DNA of 45,484 nucleotides from an uncultured Lachnospiraceae bacterium (GTDB lineage: Bacteria > Bacillota > Clostridia > Lachnospirales > Lachnospiraceae), in assembly GCA_964488415.1 (NCBI GenBank), contig CAZAUP010000001.1:1-45484 (forward strand), read 5' to 3'. Below the pieces are notes generated by a model. That model ran no database searches. It saw nothing but the letters and a program-made list of their open reading frames with translations, and was not told the origin of the DNA. Of the stretch, positions 34,069 to 43,208 are shown piece after piece (position 1 is the stretch's first letter; each line of letters starts with the position of its first letter). The position numbers were made by a program, and so were the translations under genes.

Positions 34069-36225
34069 GTGAAAGTATATCAGGATGAAAAGCGTTCCTT
34101 TAAGGAAAGAGCGAAAGCGCTGGTAGCAGAGATGACATTGGAGGAAAAGGTATTTCAGACCTTACATGGGGCAAAGGCCATCGAGCGGTTGGGGATTAAA
34201 GCATATAACTGGTGGAATGAGGCACTGCATGGTGTGGCAAGAGCCGGTGTGGCAACTGTGTTTCCGCAGGCAATCGGACTGGCGGCTGCATTTGATGAGG
34301 ACATGATGGAAGAAATCGGGGATCACATATCCACAGAGGGCCGTGCAAAATTTAATATGCAACAGAAGTACGGAGATACCGATATCTATAAGGGACTGAC
34401 GTTCTGGGCTCCGAATGTAAATATTTTTCGTGATCCGCGCTGGGGAAGAGGTCATGAGACCTACGGAGAGGACCCATATTTAACCTCTCGTCTTGGAGTA
34501 CGTTTTATTGAGGGCATGCAGGGCAGACACGAAAAATATTTAAAGACAGCCGCCTGTGCGAAGCATTTTGCGGTACATTCCGGTCCGGAGGATGTGCGCC
34601 ACAGCTTTAATGCGGAGGTGAGTAAGCAGGATTTATACGAAACCTATTTGCCGGCGTTCAAGGCATGTGTACAGGAGGCAAAGGTGGAGACTGTAATGGG
34701 AGCCTACAACCGGACGAATGGAGAGGCGTGCTGCGGAAGTAAAACACTGCTTCAGGATATTTTGCGTGATGACTGGGGGTTTGACGGACATGTAACAAGT
34801 GATTGCTGGGCAATTAAGGATTTTCATGAGGGACATGGTTTAACCTCTTCCCCTGTGGAATCGGTTGCCCTTGCCATGAATAACGGCTGTGATTTGAACT
34901 GCGGCAGTATCTATGTGAATTTGCTGCAGGCGGTAAAAGAAGGGCTGGTATCGGAAGAAACACTGACAAGGGCAGTAGAACGGCTGTATGTGTCGAAGAT
35001 GCGTCTCGGCTTGTTTGATGCTCCGGAGAAGGTGCCGTACAATACAATTGATTATTCACAGGTGGATACGAAAGAGCAGAAGGCGTTTAACCTTGCAGTG
35101 GCAAAACGGACTCTTTGCCTGTTAAAAAATGACAGTAACCTGCTTCCGCTGGATAAAAGTAAAGTAAAAACCGTCGGTGTTATTGGCCCGAATGCGAATA
35201 ACCGTAAAGCCTTAATCGGAAATTACGAGGGGACGGCATCGGAATATGTTACAGTTTTGGAGGGTATTCAGGAATATCTTGGTGATGATGTGAGAGTGCG
35301 TTACTCAGAGGGCTGTCATTTGTTTAAGGATAAGGTATCCGGTCTCGGAATTACGAACGACCGAATTGCGGAGGTACGTGCAGTGTGTGATGAGTCTGAT
35401 GTAGTGATTGCCGTGATGGGGCTGGACTCCGGTCTGGAAGGAGAGGAAGGTGACCAGGGGAATGAGTTTGCCAGCGGGGATAAGCCAAACCTTGCACTTC
35501 CGGGCTTGCAGGAGCTTGTATTAAAGGAAATTTATGACAGTGGAAAGCCGATGGTGCTGGTACTGCTTTCCGGTAGCGCATTGGCGTTCCCATGGGCGGA
35601 GGAGCATGTTCCTGCAATTGTACAGGCATGGTATCCGGGCGCACAGGGCGGACGTGCTGTGGCGCAGCTTCTCTTTGGCGAGTATTCGCCGGAAGGAAAG
35701 CTGCCGGTGACTTTTTACCGCACAACGGAGGAGCTGCCGGCATTCACCGATTACAGCATGAAAGGGAGAACCTATCGTTATATGGAGAAGGAAGCGTTAT
35801 ATCCGTTCGGCTACGGGTTGAGCTACTCAGAGTTTACAGTCAGTGAGGTCTCTCTTTCTTCTGGTGAAATTACAAAGGGAGGCAGCATTACGGTAAAGGC
35901 GACTGTTACGAATTCCGGTTCCTATGACGGCGCAGAGACGCTGCAGGTATATGTAAAAGCAAAGGATGTAGCAGGAGCGCCGAACGTTCAGTTGAAGGGC
36001 TTAAAGAAGCTGAGACTGAAAAAGGGAGAGCGCAAGAGCGTGGAAATTGTATTGAAGGATGAGGCGTTTGCTCTTTATGATATGGAGGCGAACAATATGT
36101 TAAATGCGGGTTCATATGAGGTATTTGTAGGAACATCGCAGCCGGACGACAGAAGTATCAGCCTGACAGGGAAGAAACCGGAATGTATTCCGGTCATCTG
36201 TGCAAAAACCGAGAAGCTTTCCTAA
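34069..36225 (+). CDS. GH3 beta-xylosidase / beta-glucosidase, cytoplasmic
   Basis: GTG start behind AAAGGAG. GH3 blocks RDPRWGRGHETYGEDP, KHFAVHSGPE, nucleophile region GHVTSDCWA. C-terminal FnIII-like domain. Confidence 0.85.
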   Translation: MKVYQDEKRSFKERAKALVAEMTLEEKVFQTLHGAKAIERLGIKAYNWWNEALHGVARAGVATVFPQAIGLAAAFDEDMMEEIGDHISTEGRAKFNMQQKYGDTDIYKGLTFWAPNVNIFRDPRWGRGHETYGEDPYLTSRLGVRFIEGMQGRHEKYLKTAACAKHFAVHSGPEDVRHSFNAEVSKQDLYETYLPAFKACVQEAKVETVMGAYNRTNGEACCGSKTLLQDILRDDWGFDGHVTSDCWAIKDFHEGHGLTSSPVESVALAMNNGCDLNCGSIYVNLLQAVKEGLVSEETLTRAVERLYVSKMRLGLFDAPEKVPYNTIDYSQVDTKEQKAFNLAVAKRTLCLLKNDSNLLPLDKSKVKTVGVIGPNANNRKALIGNYEGTASEYVTVLEGIQEYLGDDVRVRYSEGCHLFKDKVSGLGITNDRIAEVRAVCDESDVVIAVMGLDSGLEGEEGDQGNEFASGDKPNLALPGLQELVLKEIYDSGKPMVLVLLSGSALAFPWAEEHVPAIVQAWYPGAQGGRAVAQLLFGEYSPEGKLPVTFYRTTEELPAFTDYSMKGRTYRYMEKEALYPFGYGLSYSEFTVSEVSLSSGEITKGGSITVKATVTNSGSYDGAETLQVYVKAKDVAGAPNVQLKGLKKLRLKKGERKSVEIVLKDEAFALYDMEANNMLNAGSYEVFVGTSQPDDRSISLTGKKPECIPVICAKTEKLS

Positions 36226-36260
36226 AGCAGGAAATGGAAATAAGGAAAGAAAACAAGAGA

Positions 36261-36286
36261 GCCTCCGGAAAGAATATTCCGGAGGC
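36261..36286. terminator. Bidirectional terminator hairpin between the GH3 gene and mecA
   Basis: GCCTCCGGAA (36261-36270) / TTCCGGAGGC (36277-36286), 6-nt loop. Confidence 0.7.
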
Positions 36287-36302
36287 CCTTGTGTGAAAAA
36301 GG

Positions 36303-37046
36303 TTAATTTAGCTTTGCAAGAGTTTCTAAAATTCTGGCACCTGCTACCGGAGTAAAATGCTCCTGGTAATATAAGAGTGCGGCGTTGTTTGCGGAAACGG
36401 AGTGACCGTATTCCGAAGCAATATTACAAAGCTTGTTAAACTCCTCTGCGGTATGTCCATACATATCCAAAAGAAGATAGTAAGTATCCGTACCCATGTC
36501 CTTATAAAGCTTTGCGGCTCCGTGATAGTAGGAGACAATCACAGCTGCAAAACGGCTGACAGTCTGTAAGGAATCAAAGATATATACTTTTTTTAAGGAA
36601 GCAGCTGCATCTGCCTGAGCTTCGCCAGAGTTTATTTCTTCTTTGGAAAGTTCGCCTGCCTTTTGGCTCAACAGCTCCTTAAACTGCGAAAAATAGTTTA
36701 AAATCTCATCTGCAAGTGCCGGAAGTACCGGCTTTTCGGTGTGACTTTGCTTCTCAGGATTCGGAGTAAAATTAGAAAATCTGGAATCTAATTCTTCAGA
36801 ATCCTCTACCTTTGTTACAACCAGAACGAGACAGTCCGCGTCCACCGGGATTGCTTCAATCATAAGCGGTAAATCTTCCGTTTCAAAACCACATTCATAG
36901 GATGCCATCTGCATTAAGTCACGAAATAACTCTTTTACTTTTTCGCTACCGTAAAATAATTCACTCAGCTGTAACTGACGCTCCTGTAAATCCTGCTTAT
37001 TCAGTGTACAGCGAATTTGTGTATCACTTAAGCGTTCGATTGTCAT
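36303..37046 (-). CDS. mecA: Adaptor protein MecA
   Basis: Start at 37046 (MTIERLSDTQIRCTLNKQDLQERQLQLSEL, characteristic MecA N-terminus). 247 aa. RBS AAGGGGG. Confidence 0.8.
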   Translation of the reverse strand: MTIERLSDTQIRCTLNKQDLQERQLQLSELFYGSEKVKELFRDLMQMASYECGFETEDLPLMIEAIPVDADCLVLVVTKVEDSEELDSRFSNFTPNPEKQSHTEKPVLPALADEILNYFSQFKELLSQKAGELSKEEINSGEAQADAAASLKKVYIFDSLQTVSRFAAVIVSYYHGAAKLYKDMGTDTYYLLLDMYGHTAEEFNKLCNIASEYGHSVSANNAALLYYQEHFTPVAGARILETLAKLN

Positions 37047-37222
37047 AGAGTATGCACCCCCTTTACTATGTATACAAAGTATATAGTAAAATTTCACGAA
37101 AGTCAATAACATAAATTGTGAAACTTGTATAAAAAAAGCAAGGGAAAATAAGGGTTTTGGTCTTGTTAGGAGTATACAAATACAGTGCTGAAGATTTGTG
37201 AAAAACAGAGAGGAAAAAAAGC

Positions 37223-37252
37223 TTGCCAGAGGGCGGATGCCGGGTTTATAAT
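37223..37252 (+). promoter_or_regulatory. Promoter TTGCCA-18-TATAAT for the kinase gene
   Basis: Hexamers at 37223-37228 and 37247-37252. Confidence 0.45.
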
Positions 37253-37332
37253 AAAGACAGGTGAGAAATCACCGGCAATCCGACAGACAAAAGGGACAAA
37301 TCAGTCCGCACAGGACGGACAGAAAGGAGAAA

Positions 37333-38628
37333 ATGAAGGAAGAGTTATTGTTCGGGAAATACAAAATTCTTCGTATCCTTGCAAATGGCAGCGGAGGAGA
37401 GGTATTTCTCGCGGAACACACGGTACTTGGGGAACGGCGCATTGTGAAGCGTTTGTACAAGAACCGGCCGTTTTACAAAGAACGGTTGAGAGAAGCACAC
37501 ATTCTAAAAAAACTGCATCATGCAGCAATTCCCTGCATTTATGATATCGAGGAGGATGCTGTCGCATCCTATATCATAGAAGAAGATATGGGCGGGGAGC
37601 CTCTGAATGAAGTTCTAAGCAGGCAGAAATGCCTTCCGACATCTTTTATTTCGCATTATTCCATTCAGCTTTGTGAGATTATCGATTACTTACACAAGGA
37701 AGGGGTTCTTTACCTTGATGTTAAGCCCGAAAATTTAATGATAAGCGGTGACAGGCTTTCCCTGATTGATTTCGGCGGAGCTATGAAAAAGGAGGGAGAA
37801 CAAAGAGTTCTGTTCGGAACAGACGGGTATGCGGCACCGGAACAGTATCTGGGATATGGGTCAGAACGTTCGGATGTGTATGGAATCGGGCGTGTAATCG
37901 GGGTTATGCTGGAGCAGGGAAATAAAAAGGAAAAAGAGTTGCTTAAAATCTATGAAAAATGTGTGCAGTCATTGCCGGAAAAAAGATACAGAAGCGTTTC
38001 GGAGCTGAAAGAGGCGCTGGAGCGTCTGTGCTGCGGGAAAAGGCGAAAAACGAAGCCGCAGCTGCGGCAATGCCCTCGTTATATCGGTGTGGCAGGGGTG
38101 CATGAGGGCGTGGATACCGCTGCAATCAGCACTTTACTTGCGGGACATTTCAAAGAACATGAAAAAGGAAGGATTGCCTGTATTGATATGTCGGGCCGCA
38201 AGGTATTTCAAAAACTGTACGAGAGTCTGTACGGAAAGAGAGCGGCTGTACCGGATGAGTTTTCTCTGAGGGGAATCTGTTATATAACAGGAAGTGAGCC
38301 GTCCGTCATCGGAGCCTGTGCGGTAAAGGATTTTACCGTAATGGTAATCAATTTTGGCACATTTTCTGCAAGCTGTCGCGGTGAATTTTTTCGATGCGAC
38401 AGGCGGTTTGCAGTCGGAGACTTATATCCGTGGAGACATTCGGAATGGAAAGTGTTCGGGGAAGATATCCCGGAAGAGGTACTGCAGCATGGTATCACGG
38501 CATTGATCGGAGGCGGGGAAGCGGAGACGATGCCCCTTGGAATGGGGCAGGTATACTATCTTCCCCGGTTGCGGGATGTGTTGTATGCAGACCGGAAAGC
38601 AGAGAGCTTTTTTCACAGGCTTTTATAG
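37333..38628 (+). CDS. Hanks-type Ser/Thr protein kinase (non-RD) with a C-terminal degenerate P-loop NTPase-like domain, no TM segment
   Basis: Start at ATG 37333 behind AAAGGAG. Gly-loop GSGGEV, Lys in RRIVKRL, catalytic loop YLDVKPEN (HRD replaced by YLD), DFG, APE. The C-terminal 170 aa begin with IGVAGVHEGVDTAAISTLLA...GRIACIDMS. Confidence 0.75.
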   Translation: MKEELLFGKYKILRILANGSGGEVFLAEHTVLGERRIVKRLYKNRPFYKERLREAHILKKLHHAAIPCIYDIEEDAVASYIIEEDMGGEPLNEVLSRQKCLPTSFISHYSIQLCEIIDYLHKEGVLYLDVKPENLMISGDRLSLIDFGGAMKKEGEQRVLFGTDGYAAPEQYLGYGSERSDVYGIGRVIGVMLEQGNKKEKELLKIYEKCVQSLPEKRYRSVSELKEALERLCCGKRRKTKPQLRQCPRYIGVAGVHEGVDTAAISTLLAGHFKEHEKGRIACIDMSGRKVFQKLYESLYGKRAAVPDEFSLRGICYITGSEPSVIGACAVKDFTVMVINFGTFSASCRGEFFRCDRRFAVGDLYPWRHSEWKVFGEDIPEEVLQHGITALIGGGEAETMPLGMGQVYYLPRLRDVLYADRKAESFFHRLL

Positions 38629-38903
38629 TATATGCCCGTCACGGCACGAAAGCTATGTCCGTCATTCGGCGGTGAATGCCGCCACCGGAGGAGTGTTTTG
38701 CATATTACGGGTTTTACCTCCGATGAGAAATTTTTTTATGGCCGCAGTAAAACAGATGGATGCGTTTTATCTGCGGATGCACCAAATGACGGCGGCTTGT
38801 GTAAAAAGCGAGCTCCTAATTGCCAGCCTTTCCTTATGGAAGGCGGCGACCTGTTCTCTCATACAAGGAAACGGCAAAAGAAGGGAAGGCGGCAAAAGGG
38901 GGG

Positions 38904-38932
38904 TTGATTATTTTTTGCTTCTTGTATATACT
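38904..38932 (+). promoter_or_regulatory. Promoter TTGATT-17-TATACT upstream of the GH18-like gene
   Basis: Hexamers at 38904-38909 and 38927-38932. Confidence 0.4.
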
Positions 38933-39026
38933 AAAAAAAGAGTTTGCTGTTTGAACGGCGGGCGTTCGGCAGGGGTAGAAGAAACGGGTATAAGAAGTTG
39001 CAGGATAAAGAAAAGAGGAACCGGAA

Positions 39027-40751
39027 GTGAAAAAAAAGACAGGAGTTACAGTAATCGGAGCATTTGTGGCACTGGTGCTGATTGCAGTAGTGCTGGGGGC
39101 AGCATTGGTTGAAAAATATACACCGGGCGAGGAACGGGTTTCCTATGAAGTGCTTTATCCGGTAGCGGAAGATGAAGCGCATATTATGCTTTGGCAGGAA
39201 GATTATGAGAAGAATGCACTGCTCTCAGATGGTGGAATATATCTGGATTTGATGACAGTGCTTGATGATATTAATGACGTTTTTTATTATGACGGAGAAG
39301 AAAAGGTGCTGTCGTATACAACCCCGACAGAGATTGTCCGTGCATATTTGGGAGAAGCGGCATTTTACAGCAATGGGGAGAGGACAGAACTACAAAGCCC
39401 GGCAGTGAAGGAAGCAGCGGACGAGGTTTATATCTCGTTGGAGTTTGCAGCGTTGTTTTCAGATGTGACATATACGTTTTTGGAACACCCGAACAGGGTG
39501 CTTCTCCGCACCGGAGCAAAGGATGTGCTTTCGCTGGATACGAAAAAAGCAGCGGTGGTACGGGAAACGCCGGATATTAAGAGCCGGATTATTTGTGATT
39601 TGGAAGAAAACAGCAGAGTATGGTATGTGGATGCCGGCAGCACCGGAAATGATAAATTTGTAAAAATAATGACAGAAGACGGTGTATACGGCTTTGTGAG
39701 AAAAAAGGATCTGAGTGAAACGTATTATGCTTCGTACTGCTCGGACTATGAAGTACCGGTATATACTCATATGCAATCAGAGGAGAAGGTGGTGCTTGGC
39801 TGGCATCAGGTGACAAACAAGCAGGCAAATTCCGGTTTGGATAATATCCTGAAAGACAATACACGGCTGACGGTGATTTCACCGACCTGGTTCCGTCTTG
39901 TGGATGCGGAAGGAACCCTTTCCTCGCTGGCAGACGAAGCTTATGTGCAAAAGGCAAAGGAATACGGTCTGGAGGTCTGGGGACTGGTAGATAATTTCAG
40001 TACAGCGGGTGTGGAAGACCCGACGGCAAATTCTTACGAGGTGCTTTCCTCCACTGCTGCAAGAGAGCGTCTGACGGAGGCGTTGATACAGGCGGCACTG
40101 GAGTTTGAACTGGATGGATTAAATATTGATTTCGAGATGCTTTCTTTGGCAACCGGACCGCATTATATTCAGTTTTTGCGGGAGCTGTCCGTGAAGTGTC
40201 GTACCAACGGCATTGTTCTTTCCGTGGACAATTATGTTCCGTCTGCCCATGCCGCCTACTATGATTGGGCGGCACAGGGAGAGGTGGTAGACTATGTGGT
40301 GATTATGGCGTATGATGAACACTATGCAGGCTCTGAAAATGCAGGCTCTGTAGCATCTTACGGTTATCTTACCGAGGCGGTGGATAATATTCTCATGATG
40401 GTCCCGAAGGAGCAGGTAATTATGGCAGTGCCGTTCTATACCCGCCTGTGGATGGAAAGTGAGGAAAACGGTGCAGCAAAGCTGACATCGGAAGCCCTTG
40501 GAATGGCAACGGCAGAGGCAGAGCTGAAAAGAAATGATGTTGCTTTGGAATGGGATGAAACGACGCGGCAGTATTATGCGGAATATAAAAAGGGCGGAGT
40601 CACCTATAAGATATGGATGGAGGAGGCGGCTTCCCTCCGGGAGAAGCTGTTGTATATTAAGGGAGCAGATTTGGCAGGAACAGCTGTGTGGCGGTTAGGC
40701 TTTGAAACGCCGGATATCTGGGACTTATTTGACTGGGAGGTTCTTGAATAA
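39027..40751 (+). CDS. Membrane-anchored GH18-family protein with an SH3-like domain (YaaH/YdhD-like spore peptidoglycan hydrolase type)
   Basis: GTG start. N-terminal TM VIGAFVALVLIAVVLGAAL. SH3-like VWYVDAG...FVKIMTEDGVYGFVRKKDL. GH18 catalytic motif LDGLNIDFE. Confidence 0.75.
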   Translation: MKKKTGVTVIGAFVALVLIAVVLGAALVEKYTPGEERVSYEVLYPVAEDEAHIMLWQEDYEKNALLSDGGIYLDLMTVLDDINDVFYYDGEEKVLSYTTPTEIVRAYLGEAAFYSNGERTELQSPAVKEAADEVYISLEFAALFSDVTYTFLEHPNRVLLRTGAKDVLSLDTKKAAVVRETPDIKSRIICDLEENSRVWYVDAGSTGNDKFVKIMTEDGVYGFVRKKDLSETYYASYCSDYEVPVYTHMQSEEKVVLGWHQVTNKQANSGLDNILKDNTRLTVISPTWFRLVDAEGTLSSLADEAYVQKAKEYGLEVWGLVDNFSTAGVEDPTANSYEVLSSTAARERLTEALIQAALEFELDGLNIDFEMLSLATGPHYIQFLRELSVKCRTNGIVLSVDNYVPSAHAAYYDWAAQGEVVDYVVIMAYDEHYAGSENAGSVASYGYLTEAVDNILMMVPKEQVIMAVPFYTRLWMESEENGAAKLTSEALGMATAEAELKRNDVALEWDETTRQYYAEYKKGGVTYKIWMEEAASLREKLLYIKGADLAGTAVWRLGFETPDIWDLFDWEVLE

Positions 40752-40799
40752 AGGCGCATTGCATATATTTCTTGTGAAAGCGGGAGTATAGGATGCAAT

Positions 40800-41546
40800 A
40801 TGGAAAATAAAAAAAGGGTTGCCGCAAGGAGCCTGGCAGGGCTGAAGCGTTACCGGTACATTGTACTGCTGGTGCTTTTTTGTGTATTTTATGCAGTGGT
40901 AAACGGTGACGCAGGAGAGCATCCGGCAGCAGTGTTTTTCGGAAAAGGCAATGAGAAGGAAACCGTGGTTGTGCTGGATGCCGGTCACGGAGGCGTGGAT
41001 CCGGGCAAGGTGGGAAGTGCCGGCAGTCTGGAAAAGGAGATTAATCTTGCGGTGGCTCTGGAATTGAAATCATTGCTGGAGGCGGACGGCATCCGGGTTG
41101 TAATGACAAGAGAAACAGATACCGGACTTTATTCTGAGAATACTGAGAATAAAAAGCGGGAAGATATGGAGGAGCGTGTCCGTGTAATTGCAGAGGCTGC
41201 TCCGGTCCTTGCAGTCAGCATTCATCAGAACAGCTATCCGACGGCGGAGTGTAAGGGCGCACAGGTATTTTATTATAAAGATTCCGTAACCGGGAAGTCA
41301 CTTGCAGAAACCATGCAGCAAGCGTTTCTTAACGTACTTGCGGACGGAAATAAAAGACAGGCAAAGGCGAATGGGGACTATTATTTGCTTCGGAAGGCAC
41401 CGTGTACGATGGTAATTGCGGAATGCGGTTTTCTTTCCAATCCGGCCGAGGAGACACTGCTTGTGACGGCAGAGTATCAAAAGAAGGTAGCAGAGGCGTT
41501 GCATCAGGGGATTTTGGCTTACTTAGAGAAGATGGTGCTATCGTAA
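40800..41546 (+). CDS. cwlD: N-acetylmuramoyl-L-alanine amidase (Amidase_3, CwlD-like)
   Basis: N-terminal TM. VVLDAGHGGVDPGKVG, VVMTRETD, SIHQNS and GFLSNP motifs. Confidence 0.8.
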   Translation: MENKKRVAARSLAGLKRYRYIVLLVLFCVFYAVVNGDAGEHPAAVFFGKGNEKETVVVLDAGHGGVDPGKVGSAGSLEKEINLAVALELKSLLEADGIRVVMTRETDTGLYSENTENKKREDMEERVRVIAEAAPVLAVSIHQNSYPTAECKGAQVFYYKDSVTGKSLAETMQQAFLNVLADGNKRQAKANGDYYLLRKAPCTMVIAECGFLSNPAEETLLVTAEYQKKVAEALHQGILAYLEKMVLS

Positions 41547-41584
41547 TGGCGGAAGGGGCAACGAAAGGAAGGTTTGGAAACCGG

Positions 41585-42664
41585 ATGAATACAGAAATTA
41601 TAAAAGTAAATCGTGAGCAGTTTTCAGAGGAAGAGCTTATTCGTGCAGCGGAGTTTCTTCGTCAGGGAAGGCTGGTGGCATTTCCGACAGAGACTGTATA
41701 TGGTCTTGGCGGAAATGCCTTTGACGAGACGGCGGCCGCACGGATTTATGCAGCAAAGGGACGGCCTTCGGATAATCCGCTGATTGTGCATATTGCAGAG
41801 GTGGGGGCTCTTACAGAGCTTGCCGCAGAGGTGCCGGAAACGGCGTATTTACTGGCAGAGGCTTTTTGGCCGGGACCGCTGACCATGATTTTGAAAAAGA
41901 GCAGCAAGGTGCCAAAGGCGACCACTGGTGGTCTTGACACCGTAGCAATTCGTATGCCGTCAGATGAGATTGCACATACCCTGATCCGGCTGTCCGGGGT
42001 TTATGTGGCAGCACCGAGTGCGAATGCTTCCGGCAGACCAAGCACCACAAAGGCAGAGCACGTAATTGAGGATTTGAACGGGAAAATCGATATGATTCTT
42101 GACGGTGGGGCTTCGGAAATCGGTCTGGAGTCTACAATTGTTGATTTGACAGGAGAGGTGCCGCTTATTTTGCGGCCCGGCTATATTACTGCAGAGCAGC
42201 TGGCAGAGGTGCTGGGAGAGGTTCGGTTCGATGAAGCGGTGTTAAAGCGCAGCCCTTCGGAAAATATTGTGGCCAAGGCACCGGGGATGAAGTATCGTCA
42301 TTATGCGCCGAAGGCACCTCTTTATATTGTAGAAGGCAGGAGTGAAGAGGTCATTCGTTACATCAATACCGAAGCGGTTAAAAATGCTGCCGAAGGAAAG
42401 CTTACCGGTATTCTTGCGACGGAGGAGACGAAGAAGAATTATACCGGCGGAATGGTGTTTTCCGTGGGCATGAGGGAAAACGCAGAAACCATTGCAGCGG
42501 GGCTGTTCGATACCCTGCGCAGCTTTGATGAAACCGGAGTCGGTGTGATTTATTCGGAAAGCTTTGCGGATAACCCGCTGGGAACGGCGATTATGAATCG
42601 ACTGTTAAAGGCAGCGGGATACCATATGATTCATCTTGAAAAGGATGGAGAACACTTACTTTAA
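41585..42664 (+). CDS. tsaC: L-threonylcarbamoyladenylate synthase, long Sua5/YwlC form
   Basis: Start chosen at ATG 41585 (MNTEIIKV, GAAAGGAAGG RBS); ATG 41546, which overlaps the cwlD stop, is an alternative. Motifs FPTETVYGLGGNA, KGRPSDNPLIVH, APSAN.SGRPS, plus the Sua5 C-terminal domain. Confidence 0.85.
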   Translation: MNTEIIKVNREQFSEEELIRAAEFLRQGRLVAFPTETVYGLGGNAFDETAAARIYAAKGRPSDNPLIVHIAEVGALTELAAEVPETAYLLAEAFWPGPLTMILKKSSKVPKATTGGLDTVAIRMPSDEIAHTLIRLSGVYVAAPSANASGRPSTTKAEHVIEDLNGKIDMILDGGASEIGLESTIVDLTGEVPLILRPGYITAEQLAEVLGEVRFDEAVLKRSPSENIVAKAPGMKYRHYAPKAPLYIVEGRSEEVIRYINTEAVKNAAEGKLTGILATEETKKNYTGGMVFSVGMRENAETIAAGLFDTLRSFDETGVGVIYSESFADNPLGTAIMNRLLKAAGYHMIHLEKDGEHLL

Positions 42665-42683
42665 TTCCAAGGAGGAAAAGACG

Positions 42684-43118
42684 ATGATAGCTTTAGGTTG
42701 TGACCAGGGCGGCTATGAGTTAATGCAGGAGGTGAAAAAGCATTTAGAGGCAAGAGGGATGGAGTACAAGGATTTTGGCACGTATTCTTCTGCATCGGTG
42801 GATTATCCGATTTACGGCAAGAAGGTGGCACATGCGGTAGCAGACGGCGAGTGCGAGAGGGGGATTTTAATCTGCGGTACGGGAATTGGCATTTCGATTA
42901 CCGCAAACAAGGTTAAAGGGATTCGTGCGGCGCTTTGCCATGATGTGTTCAGTGCGGAAGCAACCAGACTTCATAATGATGCAAACATTCTTGCCATGGG
43001 TGGCAGAGTTGTAGGACCGGGGCTGGCAATGATGATTGTGGACAAGTTTCTGGACACACCATTCTCGAACGAAGAGCGTCATGCAAGACGTATCGGAATG
43101 ATGGAAGAATGTGAGTAA
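42684..43118 (+). CDS. rpiB: Ribose-5-phosphate isomerase B (RpiB/LacAB family)
   Basis: Start at ATG 42684 behind GGAGGAAAAG. MIALGCDQGG..., ILICGTGIGISITANK, NILAMGGRV. Confidence 0.9.
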   Translation: MIALGCDQGGYELMQEVKKHLEARGMEYKDFGTYSSASVDYPIYGKKVAHAVADGECERGILICGTGIGISITANKVKGIRAALCHDVFSAEATRLHNDANILAMGGRVVGPGLAMMIVDKFLDTPFSNEERHARRIGMMEECE

Positions 43119-43128
43119 AATACGAAAG

Positions 43129-43160
43129 CTGCTTTGAGGAAAGAAAATACAGCAAAGCAG
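43129..43160 (+). terminator. Hairpin after rpiB
   Basis: CTGCTTTG (43129-43136) / CAAAGCAG (43153-43160). No clear T-run. Confidence 0.35.
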
Positions 43161-43168
43161 AAGAAAAC

Positions 43169-43208
43169 AGGGCGTTTCGTGAGTTGGGAAAAAGCTACGA
43201 AACGCCCT
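43169..43208 (-). terminator. Terminator of the minus-strand DUF402-like gene (stem overlaps its stop codon)
   Basis: 11-bp stem AGGGCGTTTCG / CGAAACGCCCT. On the minus-strand transcript it is followed by GTTTTCTTC. Confidence 0.55.

Noticed and set aside
5300-36225. The xylan island as a horizontally acquired or mobile element.
   Set aside because: No integrase, transposase, tRNA target, flanking direct repeats or obvious compositional break was seen. It is flanked by ordinary housekeeping genes.
38632-38907. 91-aa ORF in frame with the kinase just after its TAG stop. This could suggest stop-codon readthrough or a split gene.
   Set aside because: The downstream peptide is Cys/Arg/Lys/Gly-rich with no domain-like pattern. 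The in-frame arrangement has a one-in-three chance. The kinase C-terminus already ends after a complete-looking domain.
38537-39112. 191-aa ORF spanning the kinase / GH18 gap.
   Set aside because: It overlaps both neighbouring genes out of frame, has no RBS and has an implausible composition. The GH18-like gene has its own TM-anchored N-terminus at GTG 39027.
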